Positions 19,020 to 37,900 of a stretch of 64,000 bases of DNA are shown here, one piece after another. The translations under genes and the position numbers were made by a program. Position 1 is the stretch's first letter, and each line of letters starts with the position of its first letter. The DNA comes from a virus (Duplodnaviria > Caudoviricetes), in IMG/VR virus record IMGVR_UViG_3300037067_012889, positions 288,001 through 352,000 of that record. One strand, given 5' to 3'. Under the pieces are notes generated by a model. That model ran no database searches, was not told where the DNA came from, and saw only the letters and a program-made list of their open reading frames with translations.

Positions 19020-19439
19020 ATGGCAAAAATTAACGTCATATCTGTAGATCTCGGAGACCCAGTAGAGCAAATTATTTCTGAGGACGTTCGGCAGCTCAGC
19101 GAAGAAACCATAGAAAACATCAAAGTCGCTGCACAGGAAAAAGCCAGAGGTCCGATAAGAAGCGATCCCGAATCACTAGCGACACAAGCAGCCTATGATC
19201 TGCTCTTCGCAGCAATACCAACTGGTGAACCTGTCGAGATTAATAAGTTATTAGAAGCATCTAGCCCAGCTGTCACAAATCCATCGTCATTGATGATGAG
19301 GATGAAAGGTTTACTGCGGCAAAAAGGTAATGAATATGTACTAAGAAAAAGCATGCGCGATAAGAAACCAGTTTATCGCTTAATACCATATAATCTAGAG
19401 AATATCAAGGACGATCAATTGCAGCAAGACGCTTCATAA
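19020..19439 (+). CDS. Hypothetical protein (possible winged-helix C-terminus)
   Basis: 139-aa ORF divergent from the previous gene. Confidence 0.6.
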   Translation: MAKINVISVDLGDPVEQIISEDVRQLSEETIENIKVAAQEKARGPIRSDPESLATQAAYDLLFAAIPTGEPVEINKLLEASSPAVTNPSSLMMRMKGLLRQKGNEYVLRKSMRDKKPVYRLIPYNLENIKDDQLQQDAS

Positions 19440-20124
19440 GTTTGGCCAATATCTCTATCTGACGTTCATATGCAGATCTTCTAATTTGTTGTGTTAGATT
19501 TAATGGTGACGGATGCAATATAGCAAATACTTTAACGCCATATATATCGCTAGTAGTGATATTGCCCAAAGCCTGATCATAAGAATGTCCTGGGCATAGA
19601 CATCCAAAAGCTACAGCCCCCAATGTTACAATCAATTGTGGATTCATCAAGCCGATTTCCATCATCAAAAATGGCCGACATTTATCAATCGATAGCTGCG
19701 TAGGTTTTGTGTTATCTGTGGTATAACATCGCACAGCATTAGTAATATAGAAATCTTTTCTAGAAAGCCCATGCTTTTCTATCTCTTTGTCGAAATTCTT
19801 ACCGGAAGCACCGATAAATGGAGTTCCTTTAGTTATTTCGTCCCATCCAGGATTTTGTCCGACCACAAAAATCCTTGACGGAGTCATGGATGACAATACG
19901 TGTGGATCACGCGCGACATTATTTCTTTCAGCTTCCTTCCTACCGAGCTCGCATATGGTACAAGCTAAACATGTGTGATTGAGCTGGTTAAGCATCCGCA
20001 TTTTACGTTCAATTTGTGTTTCTTTTCCACCCATCATAGTACCAACATCCCAAGACGATATAATTTCTCGTTTTATAAATTTATTGTTCGATCCGCATCG
20101 CCAATCAAATGTGTTGCAATCCAT
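19405..20124 (-). CDS. udg: Uracil-DNA glycosylase family 4 (Fe-S)
   Basis: CxxCxL, VGQNPG, PFIGASG, YITNAVRC, CRPFL, IVTLGAVA, HPS. Confidence 0.9.
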   Translation of the reverse strand: MDCNTFDWRCGSNNKFIKREIISSWDVGTMMGGKETQIERKMRMLNQLNHTCLACTICELGRKEAERNNVARDPHVLSSMTPSRIFVVGQNPGWDEITKGTPFIGASGKNFDKEIEKHGLSRKDFYITNAVRCYTTDNTKPTQLSIDKCRPFLMMEIGLMNPQLIVTLGAVAFGCLCPGHSYDQALGNITTSDIYGVKVFAILHPSPLNLTQQIRRSAYERQIEILAKLMKRLAAIDRP

Positions 20125-20151
20125 AGGTAAATAGAATACAAAGGATGTATT

Positions 20152-20628
20152 ATGCTGACTAAAGACAAACGAGGAATTCGGTGCGATCGATGCGGCTTAG
20201 ATATTGTAGAGAAGTTTTCATATTTTTCATTCGATATCCAAGAAGCCAATGTCATAAATAATACAATAACACTTAAACCATCGACAACATCTTTTGATAT
20301 TTGTCCTCGTTGTCTTGAAGAATTAAAAGCCGTCATAATTAAATCTTACAAGCCATATAGAATAATTAATAACAAATCGTGTCCGGGTGGAATATTTTGC
20401 GATCTAAGTGGTACGCATATGATCGGTACTTTCATATGCTATTACATATGTGTGTCGTCCGTAAATGTCGATATCAAAGCAAAACCGTCTACGCAGATTA
20501 CAGATGATAAATATGTAGAATTATGGGTTTGCACTAGTATGTTCATACAGTTAAAAAATCGAGCCGAAGAAATCCAAAATAGTAAGGAAAGCCAAGAATG
20601 GTCATCGCAAGCAATTCAAACAAAATAA
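20152..20628 (+). CDS. Cys-rich hypothetical protein with an internal duplication
   Basis: GIRCDRCG...FDICPRC and GIFCDLSG...LWVCTSM. Confidence 0.65.
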   Translation: MLTKDKRGIRCDRCGLDIVEKFSYFSFDIQEANVINNTITLKPSTTSFDICPRCLEELKAVIIKSYKPYRIINNKSCPGGIFCDLSGTHMIGTFICYYICVSSVNVDIKAKPSTQITDDKYVELWVCTSMFIQLKNRAEEIQNSKESQEWSSQAIQTK

Positions 20629-21047
20629 TCCTATTACCAACTGAACATTCAACACAATTTCAACTGATTGACTTATTCGTCGCATTACCGACTCAAAAGC
20701 CGAACCCTATTTCTCACATGCAAGCGAGGCCGTTTGAATTCACATTAGATATGCCATCAAAATTCTCTGCTATGTGTCCTTTTTGCTGCGCTGGTTTTTA
20801 TGTTTCTGCGTGTGATATTATAGATAAATATGGGTATAAATTTGTCTGGTGCCCAGAATGTGGAGCAGGAAAAGAAGAGATGCCGGCACCACTCCCAATG
20901 TTTGTCGATCCCTTTGTCAATCCTTTCGATAGCAAACAACTAACTCGTTGCGAATTAGATGAAACCGTAACATCGATAGATAATGTAATCAACGATAATT
21001 CATTAACCGTCGCCCAAAAAATGTCGAGAAAAGAATGCGCGGAGTAA
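20598..21047 (+). CDS. Zn-ribbon hypothetical protein
   Basis: CPFC...CPECG. Confidence 0.65.
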   Translation: MVIASNSNKIILLPTEHSTQFQLIDLFVALPTQKPNPISHMQARPFEFTLDMPSKFSAMCPFCCAGFYVSACDIIDKYGYKFVWCPECGAGKEEMPAPLPMFVDPFVNPFDSKQLTRCELDETVTSIDNVINDNSLTVAQKMSRKECAE

Positions 21048-21952
21048 TTCTCGGTAGCGGAATTATTGGACTTCTTGCAAGAGAAATCCTAGGCGATGAA
21101 TGGTTAGTCATTCCATTTTCGCGATCTAGATTTTATAGTTTCCGCCCAGCTCTGGCCGATAATTTTATTATACGAGATGATCGTATAGATGATCTTATTG
21201 GACATTTTGGCGGCAAGATATCATTCATCTATAAAACGCTCTATTCAGTCGGAGGCAGTTTACTTCCACCAGATGATTGCCTTATTAATGCCTGGCTAAA
21301 TAAGACATTTGGACAAAACGTACCATCACAAGCATTGCCATGCATTAAATCGAGAGGCGATCATTTCATTTATGATATCAGAGTTAATCGCCTATATCAA
21401 GAATTACAAAATAAATATAACCAACGCTTAGTAGACAACAGCAAAAGAGGTTCAGTGTCAGAAATAGGCAACCATTATTTGATATGGGGAGGCCAAAGAA
21501 TTGATTTCGACCATATGGTTAGCACTATCCAACTATCTAAATTATTCGAGCTAACTAAATTACCACATGACAGGCTACCAACATCGCAGGTATGGTATTA
21601 CCACATCGAAACAAATAATTTGAACTTCGAAGGAGCAAATCAGGCGTTGGTTGTAGACGATTCAATTGATTTTTTTAAAGTAAGCAATATAGCAAAAAAT
21701 CGATATCTATTTTATTTCTTACGCGACATGCCAGTTCCAGGTCCATATTTTATGCAGTTTATGCAGCAGTTCGATTTAATCGATGGGACAACTATAGCAG
21801 AAGCAATACCAACTGGCAATAAACCAGATTTAACACAATTAGACAAGCTAGGCATTGAATGTATAGGTTCTATGGCTGAGCACGATTATTTCATGGATTT
21901 GGGTAGCTGTCTTGTTAAATTGCTGCGTAGAAAAACCATATTAACGTCCTAA
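21035..21952 (+). CDS. FAD/NAD-binding oxidoreductase-like protein (Glf/protoporphyrinogen-oxidase-like fold)
   Basis: N-terminal VILGSGIIGL, FDHMVSTIQL, C-terminal CIGSMAEHDYFMD. Confidence 0.6.
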   Translation: MRGVILGSGIIGLLAREILGDEWLVIPFSRSRFYSFRPALADNFIIRDDRIDDLIGHFGGKISFIYKTLYSVGGSLLPPDDCLINAWLNKTFGQNVPSQALPCIKSRGDHFIYDIRVNRLYQELQNKYNQRLVDNSKRGSVSEIGNHYLIWGGQRIDFDHMVSTIQLSKLFELTKLPHDRLPTSQVWYYHIETNNLNFEGANQALVVDDSIDFFKVSNIAKNRYLFYFLRDMPVPGPYFMQFMQQFDLIDGTTIAEAIPTGNKPDLTQLDKLGIECIGSMAEHDYFMDLGSCLVKLLRRKTILTS

Positions 21953-22413
21953 CATTTTCTTACTACTGTCGGCGATTGGCATGGACCATAAATGACTCGC
22001 TGTGGCTTGATTACGAGACCATCTAATGCACGTTTCAGATCACATGGATCGATATTTATTTCGAGTTGTGCTATAGCTTCAGTAACAGCTTTAATAAGTG
22101 TCGATTGACATGATGGTGGAACAAACCCATATAATGGATCGCTCACAGATGGCGGCGTGCCGGTATCGTATATTGAAATCCATAGCCCATCATTGGCATT
22201 TATAATGTCCAGAGATGTCGGCAACTCCGCTTTATAATTTCCAGTTCCAACCGTACCAACTAAGACTTCTGGCATATCTACGAACACCGGAACAGCAGTG
22301 CTAACATCTTCAAGATTAGTACCATTCCACACTTGTGATAAATCATAATTATATGGAAGAAACTTGACATTCGTAAGACCAGAAATGCCAAGATTTATGA
22401 TGATTGTGGCCAT
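21949..22413 (-). CDS. Hypothetical virion-associated protein
   Basis: Last gene of the fibre operon; beta-rich N-terminus. Confidence 0.55.
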   Translation of the reverse strand: MATIIINLGISGLTNVKFLPYNYDLSQVWNGTNLEDVSTAVPVFVDMPEVLVGTVGTGNYKAELPTSLDIINANDGLWISIYDTGTPPSVSDPLYGFVPPSCQSTLIKAVTEAIAQLEINIDPCDLKRALDGLVIKPQRVIYGPCQSPTVVRKC

Positions 22414-24048
22414 TTATAATTCTGCCTCTGCGGTCCAATGACAATTGCACCAACAACTAGCCAACAACGGCCCAACTGACGGAAGTTGGAAGCTCCTAAA
22501 AGCAGGAGATGCAGCTCCCGTTGCGTAATCGCCCTTGGCTACCCCTGAGTAATTCCATAAAGAAAACATCCAAATCGTACCAAGAGATTGAGAATATGTC
22601 GTGACGGTAGGTATCTTAAATTTCACCGCAGTGAAATCTTTCACGTTCGGAACAATAACATTCGTTGTTAGTGAACTTACTGAAAAAACTCCCGAAGAAG
22701 GACCCGCTGTCCCAGGCATCACATCGAGATCATAACTCTTCTCATAATATCTCTGACATAACGCCAACTCTTCCCCTATTGGTCTAGGATTCCAAGCACG
22801 TGCAGGACCGACATGGCAATCGACCTGTGTCAAACCAAACGAGTAACCTGTTATTGGAGATTCTGTCCAAAAGAAAACGATTAGATTGTTGCAGGCACTA
22901 CTTATTGTCGCTGATAAGCTAATTGGAGTAAGACTGCTTGTTACTACCGAAGAACCAACAGCGGCCACAACCAAATTGCTTGCTAAAAAGAAATTGTTTG
23001 GTGTGTAAGATGTACTAGTCCAATCTTTCACTACATCGCTTGTCACTGTATCTGCCACACCTGTCCATTCTAATATAGCATAACGTAAAACAAACGCTGG
23101 TGGAGCAGTAGTTGTCGCTTCGGCCTGCAAAATCACAGTTTGCCCACGTAATGGGAATGAATTAGCACCTTCAACAATTTGCAACAAACCCATTCTTTGT
23201 GCTGTGGCATTGTTCTGTACTGCTAATCCTTCAAACGGCCCAGGTTGTGCTGGTGTACCAGTTGCTAAATTCCAACGCGTAGTTTCGATAGTTGTGGTTT
23301 GTGTTAAAGCTACCCAACGATCGAAACAATATGTATCGTCGACCGATGTGTAGTAATATCCGTATTCATTACGATTTCGTTGAAAGAAATCAAATCCGCC
23401 ATTGATGATTACATTATCAATACCACTCGGACCAGTAGCACCAGAAAGACCAGTTAGGCCGGTCGAACCAATAGAACCCTGAGTACCAACAGGGCCTGTA
23501 GCACCAGTTAATCCAGCCCCTGTAGCACCAATTAATCCAGTAGATCCACGCGGGCCTGTAGCACCAGTTAAACCAGTGCCCGTGGCTCCATTTGGTCCTG
23601 CAACTCCGGTGCTCCCCGTGGCTCCCGTTGGGCCTCCTAAAGGTCCCGTTGCACCTACCGGCCCAGTAGAGCCCGTCGCACCTGTCGGCCCACCGGCTGG
23701 CCCCGTCGCACCAGAAGCACCATCTACACCAGTTGCACCAACACTACCAGTCGCACCAGTCAAGCCAGTAGCACCAAGACCGGTAGCACCAAGACCGGTA
23801 GCACCAGTAGCACCGGTAGGACCACCCAATGGACCTGTGGCACCAGTATAGCCTGTCGCACCAGTAGCGCCTATTGAACCAGATCCACCAGAAACAGTCT
23901 TTTCAGAGCCATCAGAAAATCTCATATTAATAACTACTGTAGTATCACTACCTGTAGTTAGCCATTGATAGACAATATTTTCTGGCGGATTATCACCAAA
24001 AACAGGCGCTGATGTTAATTGTACTACTCTGAATTCTTTAAATTTCAT
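22414..24048 (-). CDS. Collagen-like tail fibre / receptor-binding protein
   Basis: Gly-X-Y (GAT) repeats followed by [13 protein letters not shown]...FDRW and [14 protein letters not shown], typical phage fibre domain motifs. Confidence 0.8.
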   Translation of the reverse strand: MKFKEFRVVQLTSAPVFGDNPPENIVYQWLTTGSDTTVVINMRFSDGSEKTVSGGSGSIGATGATGYTGATGPLGGPTGATGATGLGATGLGATGLTGATGSVGATGVDGASGATGPAGGPTGATGSTGPVGATGPLGGPTGATGSTGVAGPNGATGTGLTGATGPRGSTGLIGATGAGLTGATGPVGTQGSIGSTGLTGLSGATGPSGIDNVIINGGFDFFQRNRNEYGYYYTSVDDTYCFDRWVALTQTTTIETTRWNLATGTPAQPGPFEGLAVQNNATAQRMGLLQIVEGANSFPLRGQTVILQAEATTTAPPAFVLRYAILEWTGVADTVTSDVVKDWTSTSYTPNNFFLASNLVVAAVGSSVVTSSLTPISLSATISSACNNLIVFFWTESPITGYSFGLTQVDCHVGPARAWNPRPIGEELALCQRYYEKSYDLDVMPGTAGPSSGVFSVSSLTTNVIVPNVKDFTAVKFKIPTVTTYSQSLGTIWMFSLWNYSGVAKGDYATGAASPAFRSFQLPSVGPLLASCWCNCHWTAEAEL

Positions 24049-24050
24049 AG

Positions 24051-26627
<2,577 letters not shown>

Positions 26628-26684
26628 AATATACCTATACAGCTCGATGTATCGCTATCCTTATTATGTTTGGTTGTATAAAAT

Positions 26685-32600
<5,916 letters not shown>

Positions 32601-32738
32601 CTACAAATTATACATCGATAAGAATTTCGATGTTGCCGATCTAGAAGCCAACAACTAAAATTTGTTTTCTAACCAATAGCTGTTAGTATTATTTGATGGT
32701 ATATAGCAATATATCTATTAGAGCAATCTGGGCAGAGA

Positions 32739-35549
32739 TCATTCGGCCTCGGATTGTACCTTGGACCAAGCAGCTTTGGTCCATAGAGGTTCGATAACAG
32801 TTCCTCTCTTTAGAACAAAACTATTGCGATCTGGATCGTACGTAACCCTTACTCTGATACCCCTATCTGGCTGTAATAACTTTTTAGTCTGATTTCTAAT
32901 GTCTTGCTCCCAAACAAGTATCAAACAGGTCTTGCGGCCATCTGAAACTGTCATACGAAGCATGTCAGAACCTTTTTTAGTCTTGGCGTACATGACCTCC
33001 ACTATTACGCCTTCCAAACAATCATTAATTTTCGATTTATCAACAGTATGATCACCACTAACTTTATATAGATCAATAGGAGAGTGCCAATGATATCCTA
33101 AAAATTGCTTCTCGAACTGCAACACTCTAGAAAATTCATAATCATCCTGATACAGAGACATAATATCTTCACGAGTAGCCTTTATAGTAGGACGCCAATT
33201 TTCCATTTTCTTCGGAATCTTGCGCTTTGGAAACTGCCGCTTGAATTCGACTATTTGACGCTCTCGCTCAACCAAGATTGTCGCCTCAGTCCAATTAGCA
33301 TTGGCTATAAGGCGACGCATATTGCAATCTTTTAATATCTTGACCGGATAGCTGAATGTTTTTAATTTTGGCTTAGTTTCTAATTGTTTAGCTTTCGATG
33401 CTGCCAGCTCGGCTTGTGCCTGTTCATCAATATTGTCAAATTCAAAATCTTCAACTGCACCGGAACCATAAGCGTGCAAATACCACATCCACGTAGCTCT
33501 CTTATTGGGATGTAGTCGCGAAAATGCACCAAGTTTGATAAGACGCTCGAAAAGAATCTTGCTTTTACCTTTTTTGGTGATAAAATCATCTATATCGGTA
33601 TATTCGTTGCCGCCAACCTCGTCAATAAAACTATCAGCAGCTTTATCTCCTATTTTCTTCAAGCTTGTCAAACCAAGTGCGATATGCTTATTAACATTTG
33701 GACCAGAATGTGCAGTAGGCTTAGATGTTAATTTCTTTATATCAATTTCACCAAATTCGATACCTTCACCACGAGCCGCAGACATGTATCGTTCTAGAGC
33801 CTTTTGATCACATAGGCCCATTACACTGGCCCACCACTCCTCAGGATAATGAGCTTTAAGCCATAAACAACGATAAGCCCATAGGCAATAGCAGATAGCA
33901 TGGCTTAAATTGAAGGCATATCGACCAAACGTTTCCATCTTATCCCAATATTCATGTGCCTTCGATTCACCTATCTTTTTACTAGCGCCTACTATCCAAT
34001 GTTCTCTAACAGGTTTCAACTTATCCTTCCATTTCTTGGCCACCGCTTTTCTAGCATCCTGTGATTCCGGCCCTGTAAATCCGGCAACCCTCTGCCAAAT
34101 GGAAGTTAACTGCTCTTGGAACACAATTACACCACTAGTCGGCTTTAATATTTCGATAATGGCCTCGTGTTCACCCCTAGACCAACTATTTGCTACATCA
34201 TCTCGATTTTTAACATAATCCGGAATGCTTTGCATTGGTCCTGGGTGACCCATCGCATTGAAAATCAATAAGTCGTGAAAGCTCTTAACGCCGTTCGACA
34301 ATGTTCTCTTAGCTAGTTCTGTGTCGAACTGAAAAATGCTGTCTGTTAATGACTCGTTGGCGAGTTTCAATGCTGCTCGATCGTTGAGCGATATAGATAT
34401 TTTCTTACCGTCTTCCCAATAGTAACCAGCAATATCGTCATTCGGATCAGATTCATCCCATCCTTCCAATTGATCGCCGAAAGATATGCCATGATTCTCT
34501 CTAATCATTTCACAGCACGTCTTAATATATGCTAAATTCTTTAGACCAAGCATGTCCCACTTCAAATAGCCAAATTTCGATAACTGTGTGCTATGGCCCT
34601 CTGTCCAAATGCTAACCCACTGATCTGTTTTGCTATCGTATTGCATCGGTACGTTGCCAAATAGATCGCGGTCGGCGATAATGATACCGCCAGCATGTTT
34701 ACCAGCATGCTTCAAACGACCAACCAATCGAATAGCTGTATCGATGACCTGCCTGTGTTTTTCTTTGCTTTCTGATATGAATTTTTCTATTTCTGGATAA
34801 TCACGCAAAATCATTGCGATGGTCGGCGTATCTGTATCGCCACTGCCACATTTAGGGCATTTTAATTCTTTGTGCTTAAAACCGCATTCTTTTTCTGGAC
34901 CGTCTCCATCACGAACACGGCCCTTGCATGCACCTAAACCTCCCTCACGCATAGTATTGACATCGTCTGGAAGGTCTTTTGTTAATACAACAGCTCTATT
35001 CTTAATTCCAACACCATGTTGGCTGCCGCCCTCTAACTTATCTAGCCCGAGAGCTGTATATGCGTCTGCGATAGCCTGCTTAAAAAGATAGGTCTGCCAA
35101 GTACCGACACTAGCCACATTGTTCTCACCATATCGCTCGGCAGCATAGCTTTTTATTTTATTTCTGGCTTCTGGTAGACAGTCGATATCGATATCTGGTT
35201 TATCGTCGTCTTGACGAATATCGGCTGGTAGCTTTCCAGTCTTTTTTATAATTGCTTGCACATCGTCATACTTTGCACTAAGCATCAGAGGTCCATCTCT
35301 ATGTGCAATTGGATCTTTATCAGCGTCACCAACAAATCGCTTGAGCAGCCATGGTAACAAGAGTTGATTTGGATTTTTATCGTACTTCCTACCAGACTCC
35401 ATCAAATCTTCGTAATACCTTTGGGCTCCTTGCATACGAACTTGGTCTAGCTCAAAATTTAGCCGTTTGGTGTAGATTTCAGGTAACCCTAACTTTTTGA
35501 TACGTCCGTGCGCCGCTGCAGCAAGAGTCTCAAAACTATACTTTCCCAT
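32739..35549 (-). CDS. dnaE: DNA polymerase III alpha (DnaE), C-terminal part: catalytic Asp triad, fingers, HhH, OB
   Basis: KPDIDID, GKHAGGIII, LKWDMLGL, IFQF, VIVFQEQL, YAFNLSHA..Y, LKAHYP, GLTSLKKIG, EKQFLG. Confidence 0.9.
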   Translation of the reverse strand: MGKYSFETLAAAAHGRIKKLGLPEIYTKRLNFELDQVRMQGAQRYYEDLMESGRKYDKNPNQLLLPWLLKRFVGDADKDPIAHRDGPLMLSAKYDDVQAIIKKTGKLPADIRQDDDKPDIDIDCLPEARNKIKSYAAERYGENNVASVGTWQTYLFKQAIADAYTALGLDKLEGGSQHGVGIKNRAVVLTKDLPDDVNTMREGGLGACKGRVRDGDGPEKECGFKHKELKCPKCGSGDTDTPTIAMILRDYPEIEKFISESKEKHRQVIDTAIRLVGRLKHAGKHAGGIIIADRDLFGNVPMQYDSKTDQWVSIWTEGHSTQLSKFGYLKWDMLGLKNLAYIKTCCEMIRENHGISFGDQLEGWDESDPNDDIAGYYWEDGKKISISLNDRAALKLANESLTDSIFQFDTELAKRTLSNGVKSFHDLLIFNAMGHPGPMQSIPDYVKNRDDVANSWSRGEHEAIIEILKPTSGVIVFQEQLTSIWQRVAGFTGPESQDARKAVAKKWKDKLKPVREHWIVGASKKIGESKAHEYWDKMETFGRYAFNLSHAICYCLWAYRCLWLKAHYPEEWWASVMGLCDQKALERYMSAARGEGIEFGEIDIKKLTSKPTAHSGPNVNKHIALGLTSLKKIGDKAADSFIDEVGGNEYTDIDDFITKKGKSKILFERLIKLGAFSRLHPNKRATWMWYLHAYGSGAVEDFEFDNIDEQAQAELAASKAKQLETKPKLKTFSYPVKILKDCNMRRLIANANWTEATILVERERQIVEFKRQFPKRKIPKKMENWRPTIKATREDIMSLYQDDYEFSRVLQFEKQFLGYHWHSPIDLYKVSGDHTVDKSKINDCLEGVIVEVMYAKTKKGSDMLRMTVSDGRKTCLILVWEQDIRNQTKKLLQPDRGIRVRVTYDPDRNSFVLKRGTVIEPLWTKAAWSKVQSEAE

Positions 35550-35567
35550 AATATTTCTGTTTTCAAA

Positions 35568-36059
35568 TCACTTGATAATTGTTCCACTATCACTACCAAC
35601 TGTAGTTTCGGCAGCTGTCTTTGCCACGTCTAAAATCTGCTGCATTTGTTCTTTTTCACCAATCTGAACAGTTAAATCAGTGAAAAGATCAGCTTTCTCA
35701 CGTAAACGACGTATCAATTCGGCGTTCTTCTTTGGTTCTATTTTGTACTTATCACCATCACGCTCCATTAGTTGCGCCACATATGGTGTTACAAACAAAA
35801 CAACCGGACTTTTGCGCAATTGTAATACTGGATGTGCCTTTATACTCATCAAACCAAGTATCGCCGCTTTAATATCACACTGCGGCTTAGTACTGTCACC
35901 TACCGGTTCACTAATTACTCTGATAGCTTCTCGTCCATGGCTATCGATATGCTGTAGCCTAGCGGTAGCAGCACCACGCTGCTCTGGCTTGCCATTATCG
36001 ACACTAAAACCACATGCAAATATTTCAATCTTCATTTCATTTTCCAAGTTTCTTGCCAT
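35568..36059 (-). CDS. RNase H-like protein with degenerate catalytic residues
   Basis: IEIFACGFS, STKPQCDIKAAILGL, VTPYVAQ, KKNAELIRRL align with RNase HI FTDG / TNNRMELMAAI / TDSQYV / KNVDLWQRL. Confidence 0.6.
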   Translation of the reverse strand: MARNLENEMKIEIFACGFSVDNGKPEQRGAATARLQHIDSHGREAIRVISEPVGDSTKPQCDIKAAILGLMSIKAHPVLQLRKSPVVLFVTPYVAQLMERDGDKYKIEPKKNAELIRRLREKADLFTDLTVQIGEKEQMQQILDVAKTAAETTVGSDSGTIIK

Positions 36060-36456
36060 TACCGTCAGTGAGTTGCGGATATTCTTTATGTGTAATATCT
36101 GCTAAACCGGTAATGGCTATACCAAGCACTTTAAAAAACACTTCACAACGACTACCTATATCAAGCGATTCCGTCACTTTCAGACAGTCAGTTATGCTTT
36201 GTAAACAAGCATCTGATGATGGACGCAATCCATCTAATCTATCCTTTATTCCAAGTATTGAGGCTTCAAGGATAGCAGACGTAAAATTGTCCAGACTTCT
36301 AGCTTGTAATTCTTCTCCGGGCGGTAGGGTGCCAATAAATTCAACAAAGCTCAAACATAACTGACAAGTTAATGGTCGAGGTTCACCAATTAACAGCAGA
36401 TAATCTGATACCGCCGCATGCAATGATCGAAGAGATTCAGTATACACGTTCTTCAT
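36037..36456 (-). CDS. Hypothetical protein
   Basis: 139-aa ORF coupled to the dnaE N-part stop. Confidence 0.6.
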   Translation of the reverse strand: MKNVYTESLRSLHAAVSDYLLLIGEPRPLTCQLCLSFVEFIGTLPPGEELQARSLDNFTSAILEASILGIKDRLDGLRPSSDACLQSITDCLKVTESLDIGSRCEVFFKVLGIAITGLADITHKEYPQLTDGNGKKLGK

Positions 36457-36457
36457 A

Positions 36458-37900
36458 TTAGTCTATTTTGGTTTTTAGCATGTATCCGCCACGAGAGCTT
36501 GCTAGAAATCGATCAAACGACATGCCCCATGCTAGTGAATTTAAAGTATGGATACCAAGAAGATGGCATACAAATGATCCTGCGGCCGAACCACGTGGTC
36601 CAAACGGCCAACCTTGCTTTCTTCCCCATTGAATTAAATCTCTCGTTATCAAGAAATAACTAGAAAATCCTTTGTCGATAAATCTATTAAGCTCAATTTC
36701 GACCTGCTCCGCATATGTCACTTCACGTCCATCCGAAGACCATTTTCTTGTGTCTTTATCCCATCCACGCTTTCTAAGCTCTGCATATACAATTTCAGCT
36801 AATTTCTTATTAGCATCGACTCCCTTCTCAATATCGGACCATTTTGGAATCTTTGGGGAAGTATCCGGAGCAGGTTTTTCACATCGTTCCGCTATCAACA
36901 ATGTATTATCACACAATTCCTCGAATTTAGCATTATCTATCTTATGCGAATAGCCGCGATTTTTAAAAGTCGCCCACAAATCACCCCGTGACTTCAAATA
37001 TTGTTCTTCACTTTGAGATTGAAACATATTTGGGTCGTAAATGCTAGTCTTTTGATCGACTGCCATCATAACTCTTTGTAAGTAAGAGTCTTCACGTATA
37101 AGATAATGAGCATCGTTAGCGATAACCGGCTTAATACCGTACATATCAGCCAACTCAATTAACTTGCGAAATACTCTAACATCATGCACCGCAACATTAT
37201 TTTCTAACAATCCAGTATCCGGCAGACACGGCATTTGCACTTCCATAAAGAAGTCTTCGCCAAAAACCTCTTTGAATTTTTTAATATATTGCACGGCTGT
37301 CAGATCACGATCAGCAACACGTGGATGCGGTTTTTTCTCCCTTATTAAATTGTCAATATCTAACCTAATCTCATATGCAACTGGCCCATTTACGCATCCA
37401 GATAATACGATTAAACCTTCTTTATACTCACACAGCTTCTCTAACCAGATGCGCGGTTTACGATAAAAACCGAATTTGTTCGCTAATGTCGTTAACTTAA
37501 TTAAATTGGCGACACCAGTAGCATTCTTACAAAGAATGGTCATGTGTCGATTGCGCCCAATGCGCTGTTTAAGATCGACATCCATACCCTTCTGTTTAAC
37601 ACCCTGTGTATCTAGATCTCTACGCAGTTGCTCGTAGTCATTGAAATATATTTCACAACCCGGAATATATTTCAATCCTCGCTTCTTAAAAGCGAAGTAC
37701 ATATCTGGAAAGGACGCCATATGCCCATGCTCTGTAGCCGCCATTGCCGGGAATCCGGACTGAATACATGCATCGGCATATTGTTCTGCTGACGGAACAC
37801 CATCTAGAGACGACGATAAGCTGTGCACATGAAGATGTACGAACTCTTTTGGTCCAGTATATTGCGTTGATTCAACTTCTTCTTGCATAATTGTGTTCAA
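36458..37900 (-). CDS. dnaE: DNA polymerase III alpha (DnaE), N-terminal part: PHP domain plus the GRGS region
   Basis: FVHLHVHSLSSSLDG, ATEHG, PGCEIY, LSGCVNG, ANDAHY, GFSSYFLI, GPRGSAAGS, FDRFL. Confidence 0.9.
   Translation of the reverse strand: MNTIMQEEVESTQYTGPKEFVHLHVHSLSSSLDGVPSAEQYADACIQSGFPAMAATEHGHMASFPDMYFAFKKRGLKYIPGCEIYFNDYEQLRRDLDTQGVKQKGMDVDLKQRIGRNRHMTILCKNATGVANLIKLTTLANKFGFYRKPRIWLEKLCEYKEGLIVLSGCVNGPVAYEIRLDIDNLIREKKPHPRVADRDLTAVQYIKKFKEVFGEDFFMEVQMPCLPDTGLLENNVAVHDVRVFRKLIELADMYGIKPVIANDAHYLIREDSYLQRVMMAVDQKTSIYDPNMFQSQSEEQYLKSRGDLWATFKNRGYSHKIDNAKFEELCDNTLLIAERCEKPAPDTSPKIPKWSDIEKGVDANKKLAEIVYAELRKRGWDKDTRKWSSDGREVTYAEQVEIELNRFIDKGFSSYFLITRDLIQWGRKQGWPFGPRGSAAGSFVCHLLGIHTLNSLAWGMSFDRFLASSRGGYMLKTKID

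Noticed and set aside
32739-37900. Split intein or intron explaining the dnaE split
   Set aside because: No CL/CF intein N-terminus or HN-C/S/T C-terminus at the ends of either part. The intervening DNA is filled by two ORFs with no homing-endonuclease motifs.
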